Source of the DNA: Planctomycetota bacterium
Lineage (GTDB): Bacteria; Planctomycetota; PLA2; JAEUHO01
Direction: 5' to 3'
DNA: 64,000 nucleotides
NCBI GenBank assembly: GCA_965223505.1
Contig: CBDCWP010000039.1
Coordinates: forward strand, 288,001 to 352,000
In this document: piece by piece, positions 12,625 through 22,233 of the stretch
Numbering within the stretch: position 1 is the stretch's first letter
How the letters are laid out: each line of letters starts with the position of its first letter
Position numbers and translations under genes: made by a program
Notes under the pieces: generated by a model
The model's input: only the letters and a program-made list of their open reading frames with translations
What the model was told of the DNA's origin: nothing
The model's database searches: none

Positions 12625-13812
12625 ATGACGATCAGCCGTGCAGTCATGGAGGCCATGCAAGGCGCCTCGTGGATCCGCCGCATGTTCGAAGAGGGCATTC
12701 GGTTGAAGAAGGAGCTCGGGGCCGAGAACGTCGCCGATCTCTCCCTCGGCAATCCCGTCATGGAACCTCCGGCGGCCGTCACCGCGCGCCTGCGCGACCT
12801 CGCCACGGACGACACCGCCGGCACGCACCGCTACATGCCGAACGCCGGGTTCCCGTCCACCCGCGGCGCGATCGCCGCGTATCTCGCGGGCAAGGCGGGC
12901 GTTCCTTACACCGGGGAACACGTGGTCATGTCCGTCGGCGCCGGCGGCGGGCTCAACGTCATCTTCAAGGCTTTGCTCGACCCCGGCGACGAGGTCATCT
13001 GCCTCGCGCCCTATTTCGTCGAGTATCGCTTCTACATCACCAATCACGGCGGCCACATGGTCCTGCTCCAGACCAACGAGCAGTTCCGTTTCGACCTCGA
13101 CGCCATCGAGAACGCCATCACGCCAAAGACTCGCGCCCTCGTCGTCAACGCGCCCAACAACCCGACGGGCGTCGTCTATCCCGCCGAGGACTACGACGCG
13201 CTCGCCGACGTCCTCACACGCGCATCCGAGCGCTTCGGCCGTCCCATCTACCTCGTCTCGGACGAGCCGTACCGCGCGATCGTCTACGACGGCGTCGACG
13301 TGCCGTGGCCCGTCAACCACTATCGCGACACGATCCACGTCACGTCGTTTTCGAAGGACCTCGCGATGCCGGGCGAGCGCATCGGTTACATCGCGGTCAA
13401 TCCCGCGAGCGAGGGCGACGGCGAGCTGGTCGGTGCGCTCACGTTCACGACGCGCACGCTCGGTTTCGTGAATGCCCCGGCGCTACAGCAGCGCTTGATC
13501 GAGGGTCTGCTCGACGTCACGGTCGACATGGAGGGCTACACGAACAAGCGCGCGCTCCTGTTGGGCGCGCTGGAGGCCGCCGGATACGAGGTGGTTCGGC
13601 CGGACGGCGCGTTTTACATGTTTCCCAAGGTGCCGCACGGTCTGGACGACGTGGAGTTCGTACGCGCCTGCCTCGCGGAGCGGTTGCTGGTGGTGCCGGG
13701 TTCGGGCTTCGGGACGCCGGGCCATTTCCGGATCTCGTATGCGGTCACCGATCGCGACGTCGAGCTCGCCGTTGATGCGCTGAAGCGCGTTGCCGAGAAG
13801 GTGGCGGTGTAG
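12625..13812 (+). CDS. PLP-dependent aminotransferase class I/II (aspartate aminotransferase-like)
   Basis: DLSLGNP, NAPNNPTG, SDEPY, SFSKDLAMPGERIGY, GAFY, VVPGSGFG. Confidence 0.93.
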   Translation: MTISRAVMEAMQGASWIRRMFEEGIRLKKELGAENVADLSLGNPVMEPPAAVTARLRDLATDDTAGTHRYMPNAGFPSTRGAIAAYLAGKAGVPYTGEHVVMSVGAGGGLNVIFKALLDPGDEVICLAPYFVEYRFYITNHGGHMVLLQTNEQFRFDLDAIENAITPKTRALVVNAPNNPTGVVYPAEDYDALADVLTRASERFGRPIYLVSDEPYRAIVYDGVDVPWPVNHYRDTIHVTSFSKDLAMPGERIGYIAVNPASEGDGELVGALTFTTRTLGFVNAPALQQRLIEGLLDVTVDMEGYTNKRALLLGALEAAGYEVVRPDGAFYMFPKVPHGLDDVEFVRACLAERLLVVPGSGFGTPGHFRISYAVTDRDVELAVDALKRVAEKVAV

Positions 13813-14181
13813 GGGCAGCCCTTGTGGCTGCCCAAGGTGAACCGCCGATTGGGCGACCATGAAGGGTCGCCCCTACGTCTCAGTGCTGAGCACGTTCGTT
13901 CGCCGGCCCCGACGGGCATCTGATCCTGGTGTCGTGCACGATCACGTGCGCGTGGTTCGGATCCGACCCCGACCCCGACCCCGATCCCGACCCCGATGCC
14001 GATCCTGATCCCGGACCCCGACCCCGATCCCGACCCCGATGCCGATCCTGATCCCGGACCCCGACCCCGATCCCGACGATCCCGAACCCGAACCCCGGAT
14101 CCGGCGCGTACGTACGGACAGCCCTCGTGGCTTCCCAATGTGGCACGCGCCTGATGCGCGACCACGAGGGGTCGCCCCTAC
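13809..14181. repeat. Composite repeat: REP pair 13809-13833/13851-13876, GTGCAC-type repeat ~13920-13954, hexamer array ~13961-14100 (43-bp higher-order period), degenerate REP pair 14112-14136/14156-14181
   Basis: Read directly. Confidence 0.88.
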
Positions 14182-14194
14182 ATCAATCCCGTCG

Positions 14195-14452
14195 CTAGCC
14201 GTTGACCAGCTTGGTCAGATTGCTCTTCTGGTTGGCCGCGTTGTTGTCGTGAATGATGTTGGCCTTCGCACACTTGTCGATGGCCTGGTAGGCGTCGGTC
14301 AGCAGCGCTTGGGCCTGCGCCTTGTCACCGGCCTCGACCGCCTCGCGGACCTTGCGAACGGCGGTGCGCATGTTGGAGCGCTTGGTCTTGTTGGCAAGCG
14401 TGCGCACCTCGGTCTGGCGGACACGCTTCTTGGCGGACTCGGTGTTCGGCAT
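14195..14452 (-). CDS. rpsT: 30S ribosomal protein S20
   Basis: MPNTESAKKRVRQ...IDK...IIH.NNAA..KS. Confidence 0.97.
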   Translation of the reverse strand: MPNTESAKKRVRQTEVRTLANKTKRSNMRTAVRKVREAVEAGDKAQAQALLTDAYQAIDKCAKANIIHDNNAANQKSNLTKLVNG

Positions 14453-14584
14453 CGTCTCTCTCTCGCTCTTGGCGCCCCGGGCGGGCGCAAGCCGCAGATT
14501 TTGCCCCGATCAGCCGGGACGGACGCGGTTTTCCCGAAAGCGAGGGGGCCAGCCTGATTCGCCGGCGGCCCCATGGGCGCGGCG

Positions 14585-15931
14585 CTACGCGGAAGCGGAG
14601 AGCTTCTCCAGGCGGTTCAAGGCGTCCTTGAAGCCCGCGTCGGCCTCCACGATGCGCTCGAAGATGTCACGGGCCCGATCCAGCTCGCCCTTGCGCTCCA
14701 GCAGGTCGGCCAGCTCGTAGTTGACCTCCTTGGACCGGGGGCTGGCCAGCGTCGGGAAGTCCTTCGCGGCCTCCTCGACCTTCTTGACGGCCAGGCTGAT
14801 GATGCCCTTCTTCTCGAAGCACTTGGCCTGGAACCGCAAGCTCTCGGTCTTCCGGTTCGGGTCGTTCACCGTCTGCTGGAATTCCTGCAGCGCCTCGTCG
14901 GTCTTGCCTGCTTCGAAGAGCCAGCGGCCTAGGGTGAACCGTGCCGCGAGGTCCAGAGGGTGCGCCTTCACCCGCCTCCGGTGCTCGGCCAGGTTCGCCT
15001 CGACGAGCGCCTCGCGCGCGGCGTGCAGCGCCGACTTCAGCCCCTCGTCGTCGGGGGCCTCGTCGGCGGCCTGCTTGGCCGCCTTGTATGCCCCGGTGAC
15101 GTCGCGCAGCTCGAGATCGCCGACGCGCACGGACAGGTCGTAGTTTTCGGGATCGATCTTCAGCGCGGCCTTGAGCGCTTCCAGCGCTTCGGCTTCGTTG
15201 CCGCGATTGAGCTCGAGGTCCGCGAGCCGCACCTGCTTGCGCGCGTCGTTCGGGTTCTCCGCCAGCTCCGCGCGCAGCTTGTCGATCTCCGTCGCGGCGT
15301 GCTCGGGCGTGAGCTGCAGACGCACCTCCGTCTCGAGATCCTGCGCGACCTTCTCGTCCTTGATGAGGTCGCGGCTCGACTTGGCCGTCTCGTAGCCGGA
15401 CAGCTTGAGCGCGCCCTCGGCCGCGAGGTTCTTGCGCAGCTTCGACGCCTCCTGGTCCTTGGGATTGATCGACACGGCGCGCGAGAGTGCGTCGAGCGCC
15501 TCCGGAATGTCGCCGCGCCGGCCGAGTGCTTCGCCCAACCGCTTCCACGGCGTGCTGTCCGCCGGGTCGGCCTCGGCCGCGTGCTTGTAGGCTTCGGACG
15601 CGGCGTTCATGCAGCCGGCTTCGAGCGCCGCGTCGCCCAGCGCCATCAGGACGCCCTTGGCTTCGGGGTTCTTCGCCAATGCGCGAAACGCCGACGCCAT
15701 GCGCTTCTTGGGATTCTTGGACGAACCGACCGAGACCTTGGAGAGCATCCCACCGAACAGGCTCTTGCCCTTCGTCTCGCGCGCCTTCTTCGCCGCCTGG
15801 AAGAAGCCCTCGACGCCCGCCTTGTCGTCGGGCTCGAACTGAAGCAACTCGAGGTAGACCTCGACGGCGTAGTCGTAGCGCTTGCGCTTGAAGGCGTCCT
15901 TGGCCTTGTTCCTGAGGTCTGCAACACCCAT
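14585..15931 (-). CDS. Tetratricopeptide repeat protein
   Basis: Repeated TPR-like helices (WKRLGEAL..G.EAL.AL.RA...NP); start inferred at MGVADL. Confidence 0.85.
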   Translation of the reverse strand: MGVADLRNKAKDAFKRKRYDYAVEVYLELLQFEPDDKAGVEGFFQAAKKARETKGKSLFGGMLSKVSVGSSKNPKKRMASAFRALAKNPEAKGVLMALGDAALEAGCMNAASEAYKHAAEADPADSTPWKRLGEALGRRGDIPEALDALSRAVSINPKDQEASKLRKNLAAEGALKLSGYETAKSSRDLIKDEKVAQDLETEVRLQLTPEHAATEIDKLRAELAENPNDARKQVRLADLELNRGNEAEALEALKAALKIDPENYDLSVRVGDLELRDVTGAYKAAKQAADEAPDDEGLKSALHAAREALVEANLAEHRRRVKAHPLDLAARFTLGRWLFEAGKTDEALQEFQQTVNDPNRKTESLRFQAKCFEKKGIISLAVKKVEEAAKDFPTLASPRSKEVNYELADLLERKGELDRARDIFERIVEADAGFKDALNRLEKLSASA

Positions 15932-16045
15932 GTGGATGGCTCCATCGGCTGCGAGGGGAGGAAGATGGTAGTTGAGCGCCGCCCTGCGGTCCATGCGGAC
16001 GCGCCCCGAGGGGGGCCGTCCTGAGGGCGCTGGTATCATCCTGGC

Positions 16046-16552
16046 ATGAAGTTGGACATCGTGCTTTGGCCCGATCCCGTGCTCCTGGAAGGCACGTTAC
16101 CGGTCACCGAGGTGGACGACGAGCTCCGCCAGGTCGTGGGGGAGATGCGTCGTGTGATGTTCGATCTCAAGGGCGTCGGCCTCGCCGCGCCGCAGGTCGG
16201 CGTGAGAAAACGTCTCATGCTCGTCTGTGAGACCGGCAAGCCCGGCGACGAGGTCGTCGTGATCAACCCGCGCATCGTCGAGAAGGTCGGCAGCGAGCTC
16301 GGCGACGAAGGCTGCCTCTCGTTCCCCGAGATCTACGGCACGGTGCGACGTGCCGTTCGGATCCTCGTGCACTATCAGGACCTCGATCTGCGCAACCGCG
16401 AGATGCATCTCGAAGGATTCGTCGCGCGCATCTTCCAACACGAGATGGATCACCTCGACGGCAAGGTCTTCATCGACAAGATGGAGCCCGCATCGCGCGC
16501 GAAGATCGAGGATCGCCTGGAGGAACTGCGAAACCAGTTCGCAGCGACGTAG
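16046..16552 (+). CDS. def: Peptide deformylase
   Basis: GVGLAAPQVG, EGCLSFP, QHEMDHLDG. Confidence 0.97.
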   Translation: MKLDIVLWPDPVLLEGTLPVTEVDDELRQVVGEMRRVMFDLKGVGLAAPQVGVRKRLMLVCETGKPGDEVVVINPRIVEKVGSELGDEGCLSFPEIYGTVRRAVRILVHYQDLDLRNREMHLEGFVARIFQHEMDHLDGKVFIDKMEPASRAKIEDRLEELRNQFAAT

Positions 16553-16555
16553 GCC

Positions 16556-17491
16556 TTGGCCATCCGCCTCCATCAGGGCCGGGACGGACTCACGCCGTCG
16601 GCGTTTCGCAAGCCCGTCGTGACGATCGGCATGTTCGACGGCATCCACCGCGGACACCGGCACGTGCTCGAGCATCTGCGCTCGTTCGCCGACGGGCTCG
16701 ACGGCGAAGCGGTCGTGGTCACGTTCGACACGCACCCGATGGCCGTGATCGCCGACGCGCCGCCCCGGCGCATCCTCTCCGACCGGCACCGCATGCTGCT
16801 GATGGAGCGCCTCGGCGTCGACGCGATGGTGCTACTGCCGTTCGACGAGCCGACGCGCAATACGACCTACGACGACTTCGTGCGCGAGATCCTCGTCGAC
16901 GGCATCGGGATCGAGGGGCTGCTGTTCGGCTACAACAGCAACTTCGGCTTCGAGGGCAAGGGCACGCCCAACTCGGTCGCGCCGTTGGCGGCGGCGCACG
17001 GCTTCCAGGTCGTCGAAGCGCCGGCGATCTCACTCCATGGCCGGCCGATCTCGAGCAGTCGCATCCGGAATGCGATCGAGGACGGTGAGCTGGCGGTGGC
17101 CGCGGAGATGCTCGGTCGCCCACCGGCGTTGTACGGCGTCGTCGTCAAGGGCGACGGACGCGGCCGGACGTTGGGCTTTCCGACGGCCAACGTCGATCTC
17201 GAGGGCGAGCTCATGCCGCCGTCGGGTGTGTACCAGGTGATTGCCGACGTTCGCGGTCAGCGCTACGCCGCGGTTGCCAACATCGGTGTTCGGCCGACGT
17301 TCGATCCGGACGGCAACGCGGGGCCGTCGACGCCGGTGCTCGAGGTGCACATACCCAATCTGGACTTCGAGTTCTACGACGAGCGGATCGAGGTGGAGCT
17401 GGTGCGGAAGATCCGCGACGAGCGCAAATTCCCGTCGAAGGAGGCGTTGGTGGCGCAGATCGAGGAGGACGTGGCGTCGTTGGGCCTGTGA
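16556..17491 (+). CDS. ribF: Bifunctional riboflavin kinase/FAD synthetase
   Basis: IGMFDGIHRGH, ISSSRIR, GRTLGFPTAN, NIGVRPTF, IRDERKF. Confidence 0.96.
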   Translation: MAIRLHQGRDGLTPSAFRKPVVTIGMFDGIHRGHRHVLEHLRSFADGLDGEAVVVTFDTHPMAVIADAPPRRILSDRHRMLLMERLGVDAMVLLPFDEPTRNTTYDDFVREILVDGIGIEGLLFGYNSNFGFEGKGTPNSVAPLAAAHGFQVVEAPAISLHGRPISSSRIRNAIEDGELAVAAEMLGRPPALYGVVVKGDGRGRTLGFPTANVDLEGELMPPSGVYQVIADVRGQRYAAVANIGVRPTFDPDGNAGPSTPVLEVHIPNLDFEFYDERIEVELVRKIRDERKFPSKEALVAQIEEDVASLGL

Positions 17492-17576
17492 GGTCCGATC
17501 GCCCCGAACGACGGCGCGAAAATCCCTTGCCGGGCCCCAGTCTCCGGGTTCCCATCCTTCCCGACAGTCGCAGCGT

Positions 17577-17652
17577 GGCCAGATAGCTCAGCTGGTAGAG
17601 CACCTGACTGAAAATCAGGGGGTCGGCGATTCGAGTTCGCCTCTGGCCACCA
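17577..17652 (+). tRNA. tRNA-Phe (GAA), CCA encoded
   Basis: 76-nt cloverleaf: acceptor GGCCAGA/TCTGGCC, D arm GCTC/GAGC, anticodon arm CCTGA-CTGAAAA-TCAGG, T arm GGCGA-TTCGAGT-TCGCC. Confidence 0.97.
17608..17652 (+). repeat. attL core (45 bp, 3' half of tRNA-Phe)
   Basis: Identical to 27400-27444. Confidence 0.95.
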
Positions 17653-17760
17653 TTTACTAGCCGTTTGCGGATGATTCGGCCTTCTAGCCGAACCCACTGC
17701 CCTCACATTTGCCCTCACAATCGGCGTTTCCTGTGTACGATCCGGGCCGTCGTGGCAACC

Positions 17761-18780
17761 GTGAAGATCCGTCGCCGAGGCAAGCGCGGGGTGTTTCACC
17801 TCGAATGGAGGTACGGCGGACGCGGAAGTCGATGGGGATCAAAGTCCCTAAAGACGACCGATCCGACGATTGCGGAGCAGCTCAAGCAGGACTTCATCGA
17901 GAGCCTGCCTCCGAGCATGACGGGGATGAAGCCGGCCGAGGCCCTTGACGGGTTCCTGGACCATCTGACGTTCCTCAAGCGCCGGCCCAGGACCATCGAG
18001 TTCTACGAGGGCCTCCTCCGCCCTCTGTTCGACCGCTGGGGCACGACGCCGCTTCAGAAGTGGACCAGGGCACGCCTGGGGGCCTACGTGCGCCGGCGCA
18101 CGAACTGGTCGGCTCGGACGACGCAGATGTTCCTGAACGCCTGCAGGTACTTCTATCGGTGGTGTGAGGACGAGGGGATCCGCTGCGCGGACTTCGTCGG
18201 GCGCCTCAAGGGGCCGCCTGTTCGTCGGGCAGAGCGACAGACGCTCACCGCCGAGCAGATCCAAGACCTCCTGGAGCACTGCCACGGGCACTACCTCGAG
18301 TTGCCGATCGCGCTGGCGGCCTACGCGGGCCTGTCCAGAGCAGACATTCGTTCGCTCAAATGGTCGCACGTCGATCTCAAGGCCGGCCGAATCGCGAAGC
18401 CGCGCTCGAAGACGCGGACCAAGATCCGCACGCCGATCATTCCTCAGTTGCTGAAGATCCTGAGCCGGCGACGGGCGCTGTCCGGTCCGGTCTGCAGGGA
18501 CCTCCCTGCATCCGACTCGTCGCTGCTCAAGGCGCTGCATCGGCAGCTCGCGGCCTCCGGCATTCCGCCGGCACCACGCGGGCACAATGGCTGGCACCGG
18601 TTCCGGCACTCCGTGGCGACAATTCTCGGGCAGCTCCGCGTTCCTATTCCTGTGATAGGGCTGATTCTGAGCCACACACCGGGGAGCACAGTCACGCTCG
18701 AGTATGTCCATGCCGACGAGGGCCAGGTCCGCGACGCGATGGAGGCGTACTCGAACGAACTTCGGCGCGTCGCAACCTGA
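17761..18780 (+). CDS. Tyrosine recombinase/integrase (start approximate, GTG 17752 or 17761)
   Basis: AYAGLSRADI.L.W..VDL, HRFRHS, LSH, TLEYVH; arm-binding-like N-terminus. Confidence 0.9.
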   Translation: MKIRRRGKRGVFHLEWRYGGRGSRWGSKSLKTTDPTIAEQLKQDFIESLPPSMTGMKPAEALDGFLDHLTFLKRRPRTIEFYEGLLRPLFDRWGTTPLQKWTRARLGAYVRRRTNWSARTTQMFLNACRYFYRWCEDEGIRCADFVGRLKGPPVRRAERQTLTAEQIQDLLEHCHGHYLELPIALAAYAGLSRADIRSLKWSHVDLKAGRIAKPRSKTRTKIRTPIIPQLLKILSRRRALSGPVCRDLPASDSSLLKALHRQLAASGIPPAPRGHNGWHRFRHSVATILGQLRVPIPVIGLILSHTPGSTVTLEYVHADEGQVRDAMEAYSNELRRVAT

Positions 18781-19550
18781 CGATTGAGCGGCAGCTTTCG
18801 ACGACCGTCTTTCCCGCCGCCGTTCGTGGGCAGCCACGCCCCTGCTGAGTCCGGCGTGTGCTTTCGCAAGGCCACCGAATTTCCGGGTCCGTACCTATTC
18901 GTCCTCTCCTGATCGGTCAGATGGGATGTCACTTACTAGGGACCGCTCTGTTGTCGTTGCTCGAACGGCCGACTTGCGCTTGGTGCGTCAGCCGAAGAAC
19001 GCCCGGGGAACAGTTGTGCCCCCCGGGCGAGTGCGGGAAACCACCTGTCGAACGTTCGTTCTGGGGGATGTCCGAGGTAGTACCAGCGGCCACCTCTCAT
19101 CATAGGAGCGCGCGCGAGTACCACTACCGAGTCGAAGGCCACACATTGCGGATCGCATTCGTCCGGAAGTTCGACACCGCTCATGCGCTGATCGGTATTG
19201 CTTCGGTCGTCGTCGCTCATCGATACACTCGACTCGTCGCGCCAGTGGTCTCTCGAACTCGTTCGAGCTTCCCAGGTGTTTGTGTTGCAACTTCTCTTGG
19301 AGAAACGGCCGCTGGCGCGGCACTTGCTTAGGACTTCCATTCCGAATTCGCTGTTGACGAACCTACTGGACTGGCTAGGTTCGTAGTTGCAACACAAACA
19401 CCGCTTGTGGGGAGCAGAGACGTTCGAGGGGGACCAGGCTTCTCTTCGCGGCGCTTCTTCCGCCAGCGGCCAAAAAGGGCACTCCTTGTGTCCATTAGAT
19501 GAACGACGCCGCGAATTCGCGCATCGGGTGCGTTGGAGGAGAACGACGCC

Positions 19551-19883
19551 ATGCTTGTTGGAACCACGATGTACAAGATGGACGGGACGCCGTACTACAG
19601 TCCCGAGTTCCCCCGGGGAGGTCTTGCGGCGACGTTTGCCGTTGACGTGACCCAGATCGCCGGCACTCCGTCGGTTGTAATCACTGTCGCGCATCGAAAC
19701 GCCGAAGACACGTCGTTCACAGACGCGGGTGCGTTCTCAGCGATCACTGCCGCGGGCGACTACCAAAAGGACCTAACTGGTCTCAAGGAGATCGTTCGCT
19801 TCCGATACGACTTTGATGCCAGCGACAACGCGTCGGACGGGATGCACTTCCTTATGCAGGCGCCCAGCTGGCGTCCGTACTAG
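19551..19883 (+). CDS. Hypothetical beta-rich protein A (110 aa), paralog of next gene
   Basis: GGAGGA SD; ~57% identical (manual count) to 19909-20244 with many synonymous differences. Confidence 0.88.
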   Translation: MLVGTTMYKMDGTPYYSPEFPRGGLAATFAVDVTQIAGTPSVVITVAHRNAEDTSFTDAGAFSAITAAGDYQKDLTGLKEIVRFRYDFDASDNASDGMHFLMQAPSWRPY

Positions 19884-19908
19884 CAGCTTCCAAGAAGGGA
19901 GATGACCC

Positions 19909-20244
19909 ATGATTGTGGGCACCACGATTCAGCGCCTTGACGGCAATACGTACTACAGCCCTGAGTTTCCGAGGGGAGGACTGGCGGCGACGTTTGTCGT
20001 TGACGTGACGCAGTTGGTCCTGTCGAGCGGGTCGCTCAGCGTGATCGTTGAGCATCGCAATGAGGAGGATACGACTTGGTCGACGGCGGGCACCTTCACT
20101 GCCATCACGGCGGTGGGCGCAGCAAGTCTCGACGTGACGGGCCTGAAGGAGGTTGTTCGCCTAGCTTTCGGCTTCGTCACGACAACGACCACGACCGATG
20201 CTGCGCACTTGTTGGTCCAGGCTCCGAGTTGGAGGCCGTACTAG
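19909..20244 (+). CDS. Hypothetical beta-rich protein B (111 aa)
   Basis: AAGGGAG SD; shares YYSPEFPRGGLAATF, HRN.EDT, TGLKE.VR, QAPSWRPY with protein A. Confidence 0.88.
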   Translation: MIVGTTIQRLDGNTYYSPEFPRGGLAATFVVDVTQLVLSSGSLSVIVEHRNEEDTTWSTAGTFTAITAVGAASLDVTGLKEVVRLAFGFVTTTTTTDAAHLLVQAPSWRPY

Positions 20245-20269
20245 CCCAGGCGCGCTAGAGGAGGACCTA

Positions 20270-21546
20270 ATGGCGTGTTGCGCCCAATGCGATGGCGGGC
20301 TCCAGGCTCACGAACACCAGGCGGCTGCTCTTCGATGGGGCGTGTCGTTCGCCGACGCAGGGCCCTCTGCTGACCCGTTCTTCAGGGCGGCGTCAGTCGG
20401 GGACCTTGTAGCGAAGGCAGTGCCGCGAGGGGGCAACTCCTGGCCCCGCCGGGATGTTCATAGCGGGCTGATGACCTACTACTTGGACTACTCCGACGGC
20501 GGGTCGGGAACCACCTCTCCGAATTCGGCCCGTCTTGACGAGTTGGGTGAGTTCGCCTGTATGCACGAGAAGAAGATGACGATGAGCTTCCTTGGTTGGA
20601 CCAAGGGGACGACGAAGAAGAGCCTTGGGACTTGAAGGACGAGGACAAGCCCGAGGAAGTTGCACAGTGCTGTTGCAAGGTGCAGTACGCCCACATACGG
20701 GTCATGAAGAACGAGGAAGAGAGGGGCTAGTTCCGCCTGTATGCACGAGAAGAAGATGACGATGAGCTTCCTTGGTTGGACCAAGGGGACGACGAAGAAG
20801 AGCCTTGGGACTTGAAGGACGAGGACAAGCCCGAGGAAGTTGCACAGTGCTGTTGCAAGGTGCAGTACGCCCACATACGGGTCATGAAGAACGAGGAAGA
20901 GAGGGGCTACGCTCGATCGAGATTCAGGGTAAAAGTGAGGATGTCGTACAAGCCAGGCGACGAGAACCCGGACAAGTGCTCTCTCGTCTGGGAGGAGCGT
21001 ACTTCGAGGACGTACCACGTCCCGCCTCGTACCACTGATGGTGCCATCACGGCGACTCCTCCGGAGGACGAGATTGAGGTGCCCCAGGGGCCGACGCAGC
21101 CGGGCGCAATCGAGCCCGACCTTACTCCTGAGTGGGTCGATGTGAGCAAGCAGGCGCGCAAGACACCCGGATGGAAGAACCCTGGCGCTGGCGTTGCAGA
21201 CGAGCCCAGCTGGAATGATCGACTGCCGACGAGCGGCTGCCCCGAGCGCGTCATTTGGCGGAAACTTGACGAGCCGGGCGCGCCAAAGAAGGGGTGGCCG
21301 CGAACGCTTCAGGTGAAGATCACGATCAAGAATGGGGCAAGCTGCGCCGCGTCGACGGTCCTGAAGTTCCGGCAGCACATTAACGGTCAGGGCCGGGTCA
21401 CGACTGACCCATCGCATACGAGTGGAAATTGGCGAAACCCAGGCGTCATTTCTGTCGAGCCGGGCACCGAACAGCCCGACCCCGAGGGCTGGCTGGAGCC
21501 AAAGGCGGGGGACAAGGATGCGAAACCGAAGGATGACGGGAAGTAG
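20270..21546 (+). pseudogene. Hypothetical CCxxC-headed protein (365 aa when repaired) interrupted by a ~180-bp tandem duplication
   Basis: GAGGAGG SD, MACCAQC start; removing 20550-20728 joins ORF 20270 to ORF ..21546 in frame (1098 nt). Confidence 0.7.
20554..20909 (+). repeat. Tandem direct repeat: 176 bp exact (20554-20729 = 20734-20909)
   Basis: Identical sequence at offset 180. Confidence 0.97.
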
Positions 21547-21605
21547 CGAGGATTCCCTTGTTGGGTCAGTGCTACCGGGCGACGATTCGGCAGGGAGGCG
21601 TGCGT

Positions 21606-22199
21606 ATGCACCGATGCGGGATACTAGTGAGCCTCAGTTTCCTCCTGTCCAGCACCGTAGCTGGTTGCGGAGACTCGGGGGACGGGGGGGGGGCGCGCGC
21701 ATCGGTGCATCCCGCGGGCATGGGCCTCATCTTCGACGGGATTGTCGACCTCGAGAAGACGGCTGAGCCCTACCGTTGCGAGCTTTCTCTTGGCGTCTAC
21801 GAGGATGCCAATGACCGGCCTTTACGCATCGCATTCTACAGCGACTCCGGAACACAGGTGGCCGCTTGGGACGTGACCTGGTACGACGCTTTCGTAATTC
21901 GCGACAGCGTCTTGTATCGGGCGACCCTGCAGTTCCCGTGGGGTCCTGCGCGGAGTGGCAATGTCCTGGCGGCCCTCGATCTACGTCGGAATGGCGCAGA
22001 GTTGTGGAGTACGCGAATTCCGGTCCCAGCAGGGGCGTTAGCGGAGGGTCGGGTCCGTGGGGCAACGGTCCGGTTCGAGTTTGACTCCGCCGGCGGCCTG
22101 TTGCTTGTTGTCCAGGGAGATGATGGACCGGCGGTTCCGTACGCTGTCGAGCGCACGACTGGGGCGCTGAGCGAGCCGTCCCTCCTAAGTGACTCCTAG
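21606..22199 (+). CDS. Hypothetical lipoprotein (beta-propeller-blade-like), G10 tract just after the lipobox
   Basis: GGAGG SD; signal peptide with VAGC lipobox; LAALDL..G.ELWST (PQQ-like blade). Confidence 0.7.
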   Translation: MHRCGILVSLSFLLSSTVAGCGDSGDGGGARASVHPAGMGLIFDGIVDLEKTAEPYRCELSLGVYEDANDRPLRIAFYSDSGTQVAAWDVTWYDAFVIRDSVLYRATLQFPWGPARSGNVLAALDLRRNGAELWSTRIPVPAGALAEGRVRGATVRFEFDSAGGLLLVVQGDDGPAVPYAVERTTGALSEPSLLSDS

Positions 22200-22233
22200 G
22201 TAGGCAGCACGTGCTCCGGAGGAGCCTGACCTC

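Noticed and set aside
18781..19550. Overlapping short ORFs between the integrase and the twin paralogs
   Set aside because: None has recognisable motifs or a convincing start; left unannotated (possibly regulatory or decayed).
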